Of a DNA stretch of 64,000 bases, positions 11,512-22,612 are shown one piece after another. The position numbers and the translations under genes are program-made. The notes below the pieces were generated by a model. The model ran no database searches, was not told the origin of the DNA, and was given only the letters and a program-made list of their open reading frames with translations. The first letter of the stretch is position 1, and every line of letters begins with the position of its first letter. Origin of the DNA: Cyanidioschyzon merolae (Eukaryota); NCBI GenBank assembly GCA_000091205.1, contig AP006495.2; one strand, 5' to 3'.

Positions 11512-13062
11512 ATGGCAGCGGTTACCGATACTTTGGGCTCACGACTCGAACTTGAGCGGCGTATTGTGGTTCATATAGATATGGACTGCTTCTACGCTCA
11601 GGTCGAACGGAAACGCCTCGATTTAGCTGAGGACGTCCCGCTTTGTGTCGTCCAGTGGAACAGCATTCTTGCTGTGAGCTACGCAGCTCGAGCAGCAGGG
11701 ATCAAGCGAGGTGCAACACCGCAGGAGGCCAAATCCAAGTGCCCCGAGTGTGTGCTTGTACACGTAGAAACCGTTGATGCTGCCGGAAGGAAACCACAAG
11801 TCTCTGAACTTGACCTGTCTGAGGAAGCCTCTATAGTGCGAGCCGCGAACACCGTCTGCTTAGATCGATATCGGTTGGAGTCCGAGAAGATTTTTGGGAT
11901 TCTCTCCCGCTTTAGTGACGCCGTTGAGCGCTGCTCAATTGACGAAGCTTTCATAGAGCTTACGGACGTGGTCGATGATTTCGACGAGGCAGTCCGTTTG
12001 GTACAGCGCATGCGAGACGCTATCCTTGATGAGCTTAGATACACCTGCAGCGCTGGGGTTGCCTGCAACAAAATGCTCGCTAAGTTCGCTAGCTCTACGA
12101 ACAAACCGAACAAACTGACCGCCATACCTTGGAGCGAGACGAACTCCATTCTCGCCAGGATTCCGCTTTCACGGGTTCGCGGGCTTGGTGGCAAATTCGG
12201 AGCTGAGCTGCAGCGGAACTTTAAGGCCGAAACGCTCGCTGACTTGTCGCAGCTGTCGATGGCAGCGCTGCAGGCCGCATACGAGCCCTGCACAGCGGAA
12301 TGGCTCTTCTGGCTGGCTCGGGGTTATGATCCCAGTCGAGTGGAGCCACGTGATCGTCCGCGGAGTCTGCTAGCGGCGAAATCCTTTGCCCCGGTAGATA
12401 CCTGGCAGGATGCGCGCCGCATCCTCTTCCTGCTGGCAACTCGCCTAGAGCAGCGTATTGAACGCGATACCAGTATGCATCATCGTCGACCGAGAACATT
12501 GTGCGTATCTTTTACTTCTGCGCAAGCGGGACTCCAAGGTCAACGGCATCATCATGCAAGTCGTTCTGGGCCATTTCCAACCTGCGCGAAAGAGGACGCA
12601 GCCGCAAGCATTGCAGAAGGTGCTGAGAAGCTGCTGCGGTCGATACGGTCTGGTTTTCGATTCCCATGCAAGCGCTTTATGCTGGAAGCGACGAACTTTC
12701 AACCCATCGCAAGCGGCGCCTATTCCATACGTTCTTACATGGGCAAACCGGGTAAGCGCGCGCTCAAAGCTGACGTGCCCTCGGGCGGCATCGCAGAATG
12801 CGAGCGCGAGCAGAACCCCATATCTGGGTACGCACCGGCAGCGAGAAATGAATGCAGTTTCGCGGGTGCCACGCCGACACCCGAGCGCGAGCACCAAGGC
12901 ATCGCAAATGCGAAACTAGTTCTTCGGGCTGGCAGTAGCGTTAGCGGTAACGAGGCGCTCGTGAGTCACTGGAAGCGTCACTGCGGAGGTGCGACCAGAC
13001 GCATTCATGACGGCTGTATTACTTGCTACTTTTCGCAGCCGAAGCGCTCTGAAACTCGTTGA
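11512..13062 (+). CDS. POLH: Y-family DNA polymerase eta (RAD30/POLH-like)
   Basis: VVHIDMDCFYAQVERKR, then VVQWNSILAVSYAARAAGIKRG, then CPECVLVHV match the pol eta palm/fingers signature (VALVDMDCFFVQVEQR...VVQYKSWKGGGIIAVSYEARAFGVTR). Thumb/little-finger region follows. Confidence 0.75.
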   Translation: MAAVTDTLGSRLELERRIVVHIDMDCFYAQVERKRLDLAEDVPLCVVQWNSILAVSYAARAAGIKRGATPQEAKSKCPECVLVHVETVDAAGRKPQVSELDLSEEASIVRAANTVCLDRYRLESEKIFGILSRFSDAVERCSIDEAFIELTDVVDDFDEAVRLVQRMRDAILDELRYTCSAGVACNKMLAKFASSTNKPNKLTAIPWSETNSILARIPLSRVRGLGGKFGAELQRNFKAETLADLSQLSMAALQAAYEPCTAEWLFWLARGYDPSRVEPRDRPRSLLAAKSFAPVDTWQDARRILFLLATRLEQRIERDTSMHHRRPRTLCVSFTSAQAGLQGQRHHHASRSGPFPTCAKEDAAASIAEGAEKLLRSIRSGFRFPCKRFMLEATNFQPIASGAYSIRSYMGKPGKRALKADVPSGGIAECEREQNPISGYAPAARNECSFAGATPTPEREHQGIANAKLVLRAGSSVSGNEALVSHWKRHCGGATRRIHDGCITCYFSQPKRSETR

Positions 13063-13304
13063 ACATTCGCATAGATCTTGATTCTTGCAAATCTAAACTT
13101 TTTTGTATGTAGTTGAGTAGCGATACGAGATGCTGCATGGATCGCGCGGGGGCGAGCGTTTCAGTGAATTCCGTCGTGGGCATTGCCAAATGAGCAGCTA
13201 AAAACCAACGATATGGCGATAGGTGCAGACTTAGCGCCCATGATAGAGCCGGCGCCACAGAAACTAGACTGGAACGCTAGTGAAGCACGAGGTTGTCGGC
13301 GGGG

Positions 13305-14660
13305 CTACGGACGAAGAACGAACAGCGCTCCGCGCGGGTATAGCTCGGCATCTTGCAATGTCATCTGATCCAACTCGTGCTCCAGAAATTTCCGCCTAGG
13401 ATAGGTACGCATCAGCGAGATCCGCTCTCCCAAGCTCGGGTAATTGTTGAGTACGTAATTTGCCACATCACGAAGGCGTGTTTCATTGGTGAAGTCCGCT
13501 TCAACATTCGTACCGTCGGGCAACCGCAATTGCAGACGTGTGGGTCTGGTTTCCAATTCTGATTTTTCTACCGCCTTTGGTTGGTTTGTGTTCGGATCGG
13601 GTGGCTGTTCCACGAGGCGTACCGGAGTCGGACCCCGCTGGAGCTCGAGTCGACGCTGACGATCGTCTTCAAGCAGCCTCCGGAGCCGCTCTCGTTCCAT
13701 TTGCTGCTCTCGTTGTTCACGGAGACGTTCTCGAATGTCCCGCTTACGACGCTCTTCTTCCGCTTTGCGCTTGGCCTCCGCTATCTCCTTCCCACTTCGA
13801 ATCCGATTCTTTTCCTGTTCAATAGCGAGTTTCTTCTCTTCGGCCTCTCGCCGTTTCCGCGCTTCCTCTTGGAGCCGTTTCAACATAAGCTGCTTCTCCT
13901 CTTTGGATTTAGAAAGGAGATCTTCGGCGCCAGTGACTCGGACATCCAGCGCTGGGTCCAGCTTATCGATATTTGGATCCTCGTCGTGCGCGAAAATCCA
14001 CTCCATCGCCTTCTCCAAGGATTCATTGTCAGTTGCAATGCAAGCGTTCAAAGCGCGAGTGCGGGGAAATCCCATTGCTTGAAGCTCCTCAAGTATTTTT
14101 TCGGATACAAAGGTCGGCATCGTCTCGCTTGCTGATACAGGAAGCTGTCCCTCGCCCTGGCTCGCCCTGGCTCCAGCGGAACCAGCGGATCCCGTCGTGG
14201 TCTGCAAGCCGTCGGCAACTGCATTCGGACGCGCTATTGGTGTACCCGACGGCGTGCTGTTTGTCGTTGTGGCGGCTTTCGTGTCCTCACTCGTTGCTCT
14301 GGTGCCCAGCGTATGACCCGGCCCAGCAAACGCCACTGGCTGCGCCTGAGCGGCTACTGAACGCTCGAGCGCTGCAACATCCGCTCCCACAATTTCGTCC
14401 ACCTTGTTCCCGTTGAGAAAGAGCTGAAAAGTTGGCATAGCATGCACCCGGCAGAGCTGCGCAACATCTTGAACCTCATCAACGTTCACTTTCACAAAGA
14501 GAACCTGGTGAAACTTCGTTGCGAGCGAGTCTATGAACGGAGCCACCATTCGGCAGGGGCCACACCAGTCGGCGTAAAAGTCCACAACAACCAGTTGCTC
14601 TCTGGAACCATCAATGACGACGCGTCGAAATTCAGTCGCACTATAGATCTGTAACACCAT
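13305..14660 (-). CDS. Thioredoxin-UBA-UBX domain protein (p97/Cdc48 cofactor-like with an active thioredoxin motif)
   Basis: N-terminal thioredoxin fold with WCGPC. UBA-like helix bundle KILEELQAMGFPRTRALNACIATDNESLEKAMEWIF. Long Glu/Arg/Lys coiled coil. C-terminal UBX (LQLRLPDGTNVEADFTNETRLRDVANYV...RTYPRRKF...LYPRGALFV). Confidence 0.6.
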   Translation of the reverse strand: MVLQIYSATEFRRVVIDGSREQLVVVDFYADWCGPCRMVAPFIDSLATKFHQVLFVKVNVDEVQDVAQLCRVHAMPTFQLFLNGNKVDEIVGADVAALERSVAAQAQPVAFAGPGHTLGTRATSEDTKAATTTNSTPSGTPIARPNAVADGLQTTTGSAGSAGARASQGEGQLPVSASETMPTFVSEKILEELQAMGFPRTRALNACIATDNESLEKAMEWIFAHDEDPNIDKLDPALDVRVTGAEDLLSKSKEEKQLMLKRLQEEARKRREAEEKKLAIEQEKNRIRSGKEIAEAKRKAEEERRKRDIRERLREQREQQMERERLRRLLEDDRQRRLELQRGPTPVRLVEQPPDPNTNQPKAVEKSELETRPTRLQLRLPDGTNVEADFTNETRLRDVANYVLNNYPSLGERISLMRTYPRRKFLEHELDQMTLQDAELYPRGALFVLRP

Positions 14661-16619
14661 CCTCGGGGCAGCACGTCACAAGGCAGAGCACAGCGCACGA
14701 GGTAGAGGTCTTGCGTTCGATGAACGAACATCGTTCTTCGCTGCCATGCCCACGCTGGGATGATGCAGACGCGATACCGCCAGGCGGCACAAGCCCCGGT
14801 TTCTCGCCAGGCACCTCAGGTCTCTATCTTTATCCGAGTAAGATAGAACCCTGAACCGCTTGCTCTGTTTATGTATTTCTACTTCTTTTGGAACTTTTTT
14901 AGATATACAGCATCGAAACTGCGAGTGACGCATAGAGGGCTCGCGAGTTCATTCGCAGTTTTAAGATGATCTTGCGTGTTTTCGTCTTGCTTCCATCGAT
15001 TCTCTGCCGCTGGAATGTTTAACGTCACCCTCATCAAGAACATTCGCGACGTTCTCGAACACGAGTTCGTGAAATAGACGATATCATGATCCAATGTACA
15101 TGTGAAAGCCTCGGCGCTTTTCGTTTTCTTACGTGAAGAGTGCTCGGGTCATGCATGCTCAAAGTTTTCCGAATTTCTCTTTTGAGGCAACTCCTGGACG
15201 CTGCAAGTTGCGACACTGGATTGCTGACGATAAATACATAGCATCCTCTCATGATAACTTTTGCATAAGCTCATGCCGAAGTTTCACTGAACATTTCACG
15301 TCAAATAACCGTTTCTGATTGGAAGAAAAATTCTCCTCGCTTTGAGACCATCAGCGACACGGCATATAACCGTAGTATGCCACCTCACATGGTATATGCC
15401 CCAAGGGGCTCCCGTCTCTTCTGTTTCCATGGAAGAAGGCCTTGGACTCGGATTTCAGTTATCCAAGGAATCGTTTCCGGAGGGACGCGTGTCCCCGGCT
15501 CGCAAGCATGGAGCGTAGACGGATCGAAATTTCTCGCATTGTTCTCCGGCCAGGATTTTCCTTCCAGCACTTTTCCATCATGAAGAACATCGCAATCGAC
15601 AAATGCGCTACCGAGTGGTACAACATGTGCTTGCGGGTGGAGCAGACATATTACGCACCGAGAGATTCTCCCATTAGAACCTCCTGATCGCCGGGTACGG
15701 TACCAGGCACGAAAGCGGAGGATGGCATCGAGAGGTGCTTTCTGGATATGTCTAGGGCACGAACCGAACGATGAAGTAGGAGTGCACGCGTCACAGCGTG
15801 GAGCTCGGAAGAAAATGAGGAACTGTTGTAGTCGTGTGGCAATACGTGATCAAAGCCAATTGTTACCGCTGCAAAAGGCGCACCGAGCATAGACAAAGAG
15901 CAGATTCAAAAATTGCGACCTCCGCCTGTGCATGCAATGCGTAGAAAACAGCCGGAAGCAGCGGAATCGGGATTTGAACGCTGGCTTCAACCTCTATCGA
16001 CTGCGGACAACAGATCAGGAGGGAAAGGAGCGACTAGCGTTTTTAAAACCGGATATAAGAAAAAAAGAACGTTGTGGAAGAAATAACCCGCAAAGACTGA
16101 TATTGGTAATAGAGGGAAGCGACCCAAACGTGAGTATATATGCCCGTGTCAAAAAACCTGCTCCACATCAGTAGGAAACGCCCGTCCCATGCTGCCCAGC
16201 ACTGTTGTCTTTGAATCGCTCATCACCATCGTCAAGCTTCCTGGTGTTGCATAACTGAATCGAATCCAGTTTTTCGATCTAGAATCACAGCATCGAACTA
16301 CATGAACCCCCGTACGCAGGCGCTACATTGTGGCATCCAGGGGAGCTACCAAGGCTTCCGCCCAGATCCCCACAATCCCGTGTACCACAAACCAGATTCC
16401 CCTTCAATGCGAAGGGTTCGTTTAAAAGATCCCATACACGCCGAGCCAACTGCGGACCTCGTTCGTAGACAGAACAGGTTTGCTTCACCGATGCGGGGAG
16501 CAGGTTAAAGGCCGACTCTTCCACCCGAAGATGCGTCAGCGCTTCAGAGGACTAGACAATCGTCGACCACCGTAACTTTTTGGTCGCTTCCCTGGAAGTA
16601 GCTCCTGGGTCAGACTCGT

Positions 16620-18239
16620 GTGTGGCCTGAGCGCCCAAGCGTACGCCGCTGCGGCCTCTGCGCCCGCGGCGTCTTATCGACGACGCCGCATCGGCTGCAG
16701 GGACGGTTTCCCGCTTCCGAGTTCTGCTTCTTGCACGTCATCCAACGGGTAAAACATTCTGTGGAGATGTTTGCGGGCGCACCTGTTTACTCTGATATAA
16801 GTTCGAGCAGTTTCTTAGGAATCAGGGGCGCAGAGAAGAGACGTTTTCGCCTCGATGAAAAACCGTACGCGGCACCAGGTAGCGCCTCGGCGCGTCGGGT
16901 GCAGCGACTGTCTCCGCTGACAGTGCAACTGGCAATAGCCGCCGGCACCAAAGGCCTCTACCGAGACATGCCGGACAACACAAGCAGAAAGCGTGTTGTC
17001 GTAACTGGAGTAGGTATCGTGTCCTGTTTCGGCAGTGACGTGGACCTCTTTTACCAGAAGCTACTTAAAGGAGAAAGCGGCGTTCGTCCCATTGACAAGT
17101 TCGAGTGCTCGAACTGGGAGACGCGCATTGCTGCCTGGATCGCTCCGGAACAGTTCCAAACCGAGGGTTATATCGCACCGAAACTTGCTAGGAGACTGGA
17201 CAGCGTGCTGAAGTACACAATCGTTGCGGGAAAGAGGGCCTTGGAACACGCCGGCCTCGGCATCGGCTCCGATCCATACAATGCACTGCGGAAGGATCGC
17301 GTCGGGGTCATTGTCGGGAGTGGCATGGGCGGCCTCGAGACCTTCGCAGAAGGTTGTGAAAAGCTTTCCACGGGTGGTGTTCGGAGGATGTCCCCGTTTT
17401 TCATCCCGTATTCGATCACCAACATGGGCTCAGCTTTGCTTGCGATAGAAACTGACTTCCACGGACCGAACTACTCCTTGTCAACAGCTTGTGCGACCAG
17501 CAACTACGCGATTCATAACGCTTACATGCATATCGCACGGGGAGACGCCGACATGATGCTCTGTGGCGGTAGCGAGGCTGCAGTGCTTCCGATCGGGCTC
17601 GGTGGCTTCATTGCTTGTCGGGCGCTCAGCAAGCGCAACGATGAGCCGCACCGCGCCAGCCGCCCCTGGGACAAGCACCGTGATGGTTTTGTCATGGGCG
17701 AGGGATCTGGTGTTCTAGTTCTCGAGTCGCTCGAGCACGCCAGGGCACGCGGAGCGCCCATTCTCTGCGAATATCTCGGTGGTGCCTACACCAATGACGC
17801 TTTCAGTGTGACGGAGCCCGTTCCCGAAGGTACTGAAGTGGCGAGATGCATTCGACTGGCGCTGGCTGATGCCAGTGTCGAGCCTGCCCAGGTCAGTTAT
17901 GTCAACGCTCATGCAACGTCAACGCCCCTTGGTGATATTGCAGAGTATCGTGCCATGTCTTCTGTTCTGGATATGAAGCGGATAACGATGAATTCAACCA
18001 AGTCACTCATTGGACATGCGCTGGGAGCGGCTGGCGCTCTCGAAGCAACGGCAACCATCATGGCTATTCGCACCGGGGAGGTGCACCCTACCGCCAACGT
18101 CGAGGAACCGGAGCCCGAGATTGAAGCGGACCTCGTTCGTAACCAGAAGAAAAGCCTCAACATAGAGGTAGCGATTTCGACTAGTTTCGGTTTCGGGGGG
18201 CACAATAGTGTCTGTGTATTTGCTCCGTTCGTCGAGTAG
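16620..18239 (+). CDS. 3-oxoacyl-[acyl-carrier-protein] synthase (KAS I/II type, mitochondrial mtKAS-like) with N-terminal presequence
   Basis: VVVTGVGIVSCFGSDVDLFYQKLLKGESGV. Active-site Cys SLSTACATSNYAI. His motifs NAHATSTP and SLIGHALGAAGA. C-terminal SFGFGGHN. Confidence 0.85.
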   Translation: MWPERPSVRRCGLCARGVLSTTPHRLQGRFPASEFCFLHVIQRVKHSVEMFAGAPVYSDISSSSFLGIRGAEKRRFRLDEKPYAAPGSASARRVQRLSPLTVQLAIAAGTKGLYRDMPDNTSRKRVVVTGVGIVSCFGSDVDLFYQKLLKGESGVRPIDKFECSNWETRIAAWIAPEQFQTEGYIAPKLARRLDSVLKYTIVAGKRALEHAGLGIGSDPYNALRKDRVGVIVGSGMGGLETFAEGCEKLSTGGVRRMSPFFIPYSITNMGSALLAIETDFHGPNYSLSTACATSNYAIHNAYMHIARGDADMMLCGGSEAAVLPIGLGGFIACRALSKRNDEPHRASRPWDKHRDGFVMGEGSGVLVLESLEHARARGAPILCEYLGGAYTNDAFSVTEPVPEGTEVARCIRLALADASVEPAQVSYVNAHATSTPLGDIAEYRAMSSVLDMKRITMNSTKSLIGHALGAAGALEATATIMAIRTGEVHPTANVEEPEPEIEADLVRNQKKSLNIEVAISTSFGFGGHNSVCVFAPFVE

Positions 18240-19510
18240 GACTGGAGGATTGCGAGAGCGGGGTACTCTTGGGACGCCATTGGATCTCGCTCTGGGCAGC
18301 GATCTTTAAAAGCATAGGTTTCGTTTTGGAAGCACTTTGGTTGAGGTATCGAGTCAAAAATTGTGAAAAAGTCGTGGGGCGGGTAATCTGCCGCCTGAAA
18401 GCCTACATCGCCGAGCAACCACGACCCTTCTGCCCCGGCTCTGTTTTCCCGCAAAGTTTACGGCTTTTGCGCCCAGAGGCCCTGCAAGTCAAAGTGCAGC
18501 GCGCGCCTTCGACAGTCTCCAGGCGTTGCGGGTATATCGCCGATCGACTCAGAAAAGGTTCGTCTTGATCGTTCATAGCGTGGTCACCGGGGAAGCGCGA
18601 CGGACGCTAGCAGCGGCAATGAGGTACGCGGTTGAAGGTTGCGGACAACTTGTGACGCGAACCATACGGATTTGAGCCGATGCCTCAGTTTAGTGTATTC
18701 CTTGGGCCAGGCTGTGACACCATCCAAGGAGACCGGTTTGTCCTCGCCAGCGGGCAGTCCAGTTAGAATCTACCCGTGGATCAGAATCCACGCTTGCCGA
18801 GGGACCATACTCGCTGCTAATCGATCCGCACTGAGGAGGTATCCAGTGTCAGCGCCTCCATCGATTGCATGACGCGCTCTAGAGCCCGTACGCAAACGAT
18901 ACATAGAATCATCCAGGTCCTGCCTCAAGTCGCAGAGTTATGCAGCATCAGGCTTTCTGGATACGCTGAGAAACGCTCACATGGGATAGAAGAACCGCGC
19001 CAGTACCTGGGAATGCGGATATGAAGCATCGGCCCACCCCCCAGAATAAACAACGCGTGCTTGGTGTTCAGAAGACGCGCTGAGCAGGCATGGTGCATCC
19101 TGAGCATCCACGGAACGCAGCATGCGCTCGTGTGATGCATGCCGTGCATGTACGGCATGCATCTTACAAACGCACTTGGTCGAGAATTTTATGAAAATAT
19201 GCGGGTTCAGGCGATTTGCATCTTGAATGAGGACCTCTTTTGACTACGTTTGTTGATCGCGTCGACTTTCTCTCGACGACATAACCTGATCGAAGAGAAT
19301 ACGTACGCAAACTGGTGATACCTGCGATAACAATGTCTTTTCAGGAATGAGGCGATCGTCGAAGTGTACGCCCCGACTTGAACCTGCATGCCCCGATCAA
19401 TTGTCTACGACGCGAGGAAGAGCGTGATGCGTCCCTCGTTTCCAAGCTAATACGTGTGGCCAATGACGACCGTTGCATGGCTGAACTGAGGTGGACCTCG
19501 TGTGCTTTGC

Positions 19511-21235
19511 TCACGAATGGTTGGATGGATGCTTTGCGACCGGCCAAGAAGGCGCAGGTCGTTTTCTCCAGGAAAGTACTCCAAATAGGAGTCCCTTTCT
19601 CGAAAGAAAAATCACAAAACATCCAAGAAAGACCGTTGCCAGCGCCGTCGTGCCGAGAACAGTCCCCAGCCAAGGCGCCAACGAGTCTGTAATATTGTAC
19701 CAGGGACAATTCAGGTTCATGCCGAAGATATCTGCGATGAAGTTCATCGCAAAAAACATTGCTGTACACAAGTGCTGCAGTAAGTTGAATGCGAGCATGC
19801 GGTTCTGCACGGCGTCTAGCTTGATATCCATTGTTGCCTCCGAGTCGTTGACTTTTTCATCCAGAAGCTCAGCGCGATTTGAAAGCGCCTGAAACAGCTG
19901 GTAATAGCTTTCCAGTAGCGTTTCTACGTATTCATGATCTAGTGGATGGCGCGGTGTTTCCGGATGGTAGTACTTGTCAGTCAAATACATGTTGGACATA
20001 TCATCGTCTTCACCGAGGACGCGATCGAATAGCTGCGAGAGTCGTCTGATGCGCGACAAGAACAACGTCAAGTGGCGCATATGCAGACGCATGTTCTCGA
20101 TTCGGCTCGAGCTCAAGGTCCGATTCAAGTCACGCAAGTCTCGATCTATCTGCTGCTCGATCACGAAATAGAATTCCTCGAGTTCAAAGTAGGCTGCGAT
20201 GAACATGCTTTCTAGCACGATAAATTCGAATGCATTGTAGATGTCCAGGCTCGCACTCTGCAATCTTTCCGTGATAATACGGATAGCACGCTGCACCCTT
20301 TCGGCCTCGTGGTTAAAAAGCAACAAACGATGTGATTGGATGACTGCGCGGAGGTAATCATCAAGCACCAGGATTATGGCATTGTCGCGCACAAGTAGCA
20401 CCTGCTCTGAACGAAAAGTTGGATCCACAAGGCGAAGGTCACGCAGCTGTACCGGTTCGCATTTGCTTATGATTCCATCCCTCTCTCTGTGAGTCAATCC
20501 GGTGTTCACCGGGTGAATATCGAGGTCCAGCGCATCCGCCAGCGGAGTTTCCTGTTCAACCAGTACCTTCGAACGACGGCGCGGTGAGGATGCCTCTGCA
20601 GCCGGATATACGGGGCGTCGCAGCTCATCGATGAGATCCTCTTTGGACATCGCTCGCAAGACGCTTCGACCGAAAGTGTCGAATTCGAGGAACTGGATAA
20701 GACTATCCCGCCGCCACATTTTTTCTTTCACGTTTCTCGTGATTGATGTTCGTCGCGACGTCACCATCTCCAGATACTCATGCGCGACGGCAGCCGCAAA
20801 AGTAAGGCCATTCCGACGCAATGTCTGCTCATCGAGCCGAAGATCGGGGCCAAACTTTGCATCCGCTATTTTGTTGACTAGTCTATTACTTGCAAAGGCT
20901 GCAGCTGATGTCAGGACTTTGCCCAGGGTTCCCGGACGTTCCGGTCTCTTCCCTGCGAGCGGGGTGTTGCTGGTTAGCTTCGGTGTCCAGTCGCCAGCTG
21001 CGAGCGTGTCCGGGCCATCACGAGTAGTGCTGCCTCCCGAGAAGGTCCCAACCGCTGGCAACACCGGCAGCGTTCTTTGTCCAGACGCGATTCGTCTCGC
21101 TTGGTGAGAGACACTCTCAGGTGCGGCTGTAAGCGGCGGTGTCGCGCTCCTTGGGCGCTGAAGTTGTTCGAGTTCCGCTGCCGAGACCCTGTGAGGCGCG
21201 TTACGCCTTGTCGTGCTCAGACTGCCCCTACGCAT
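19511..21235 (-). CDS. MRS2: CorA/MRS2-family Mg2+ channel (canonical GMN motif)
   Basis: IFGMNL (GMN at 19716-19724, minus strand) followed by two C-terminal TM helices. Conserved MYLTD...PLDHEYVETLLESY helix region. N-terminal Ser/Pro/Arg-rich disordered region. Confidence 0.7.
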   Translation of the reverse strand: MRRGSLSTTRRNAPHRVSAAELEQLQRPRSATPPLTAAPESVSHQARRIASGQRTLPVLPAVGTFSGGSTTRDGPDTLAAGDWTPKLTSNTPLAGKRPERPGTLGKVLTSAAAFASNRLVNKIADAKFGPDLRLDEQTLRRNGLTFAAAVAHEYLEMVTSRRTSITRNVKEKMWRRDSLIQFLEFDTFGRSVLRAMSKEDLIDELRRPVYPAAEASSPRRRSKVLVEQETPLADALDLDIHPVNTGLTHRERDGIISKCEPVQLRDLRLVDPTFRSEQVLLVRDNAIILVLDDYLRAVIQSHRLLLFNHEAERVQRAIRIITERLQSASLDIYNAFEFIVLESMFIAAYFELEEFYFVIEQQIDRDLRDLNRTLSSSRIENMRLHMRHLTLFLSRIRRLSQLFDRVLGEDDDMSNMYLTDKYYHPETPRHPLDHEYVETLLESYYQLFQALSNRAELLDEKVNDSEATMDIKLDAVQNRMLAFNLLQHLCTAMFFAMNFIADIFGMNLNCPWYNITDSLAPWLGTVLGTTALATVFLGCFVIFLSRKGLLFGVLSWRKRPAPSWPVAKHPSNHS

Positions 21236-21720
21236 GGCGAGAGCCTGTCAAACAAAAAGCGGCCTGTAATCTTTGGAGAGCAACAGCACCAAATACCATT
21301 ACCTTTCACGAAGAATAAACCACGAAGCGTGTTGCAGGCCTCGTATACACAAGTATCCGAGTATACGCCAAGAAATGCACCTGACGATAAAATGAGCCAC
21401 GAGTTGACCCGATGCGCTTTTTCTTCTCTCTCCGTCAGTTTACCACGAGCAGCAGTCTGTTTTTCACTCGGTCCGCAAACGTTACCGTCAGAGGCCCACA
21501 AGTCAGTCACACACAAACACCGACACACCTATCCGCACCAACGTCACCGAATATTGTAATCTAAAATGTGTTCAGTGTCACGAGGCGCCGAAGCGACGAC
21601 GGCTCGGGTGGCGTTCAAGACGTCCGGTCCGGTGCCTTCAGGTCCGCCTCCGGGGCGTATCAAGCGAATCCGCGGCGGGCGCCTTGCGCGCAGCGAATCG
21701 CTGCAGGCGCAGATTAACCC

Positions 21721-22612
21721 GGATGCATGCTCGTCGATCGAGCGCTCTTCAGCGTGTACCCGGGATACTCCATTGCGTATGAATGAGATGCGCAAGCCCC
21801 GGATGCATGCTCGTCGATCGAGCGCTCTTCAGCGTGTACCCGGGATACTCCATTGCGTATGAATGAGATGCGCAAGCCCCGGATGCATGCTCGTCGATCG
21901 AGCGCTCTTCAGCGTGTACCCGGGATACTCCATTGCGTATGAATGAGATGCGCAAGCGTCGAATGCATGCTCGTCGATCGAGCGCTCTTCAGCGTGTACC
22001 CGGGATACTCCATTGCGTATGAATGAGATGCGCAAGCGTCGAATGCATGCTCGTCGATCGAGCGCTCTTCAGCGTGTACCCGGGATACTCCATTGCGTAT
22101 GAATGAGATGCGCAAGCCCCGGATGCATGCTCGTCGATCGAGCGCTCTTCAGCGTGTACCCGGGATACTCCATTGCGTATGAATGAGATGCGCAAGCCCC
22201 GGATGCATGCTCGTCGATCGAGCGCTCTTCAGCGTGTACCCGGGATACTCCATTGCGTATGAATGAGATGCGCAAGCGTCGAATGCATGCTCGTCGATCG
22301 AGCGCTCTTCAGCGTGTACCCGGGATACTCCATTGCGTATGAATGAGATGCGCAAGCGTCGAATGCATGCTCGTCGATCGAGCGCTCTTCAGCGTGTACC
22401 CGGGATACTCCATTGCGTATGAATGAGATGCGCAAGCGTCGAATGCATGCTCGTCGATCGAGCGCTCTTCAGCGTGTACCCGGGATACTCCATTGCGTAT
22501 GAATGAGATGCGCAAGCGTCGAATGCATGCTCGTCGATCGAGCGCTCTTCAGCGTGTACCCGGGATACTCCATTGCGTATGAATGAGATGCGCAAGCGTC
22601 GAATGCATGCCG
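21721..22612. repeat. 80-bp minisatellite, about 11.1 tandem copies, with two unit variants arranged in blocks
   Basis: Unit ggatgcatgctcgtcgatcgagcgctcttcagcgtgtacccgggatactccattgcgtatgaatgagatgcgcaagcccc. Unit junctions alternate ...gcaagcccc|ggatgc... (P) and ...gcaagcgtc|gaatgc... (S) in the order PP SS PP SSSSS. The run of identical 68-aa ORFs at 80-bp spacing in the ORF track is an artefact of this array. Confidence 0.95.
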
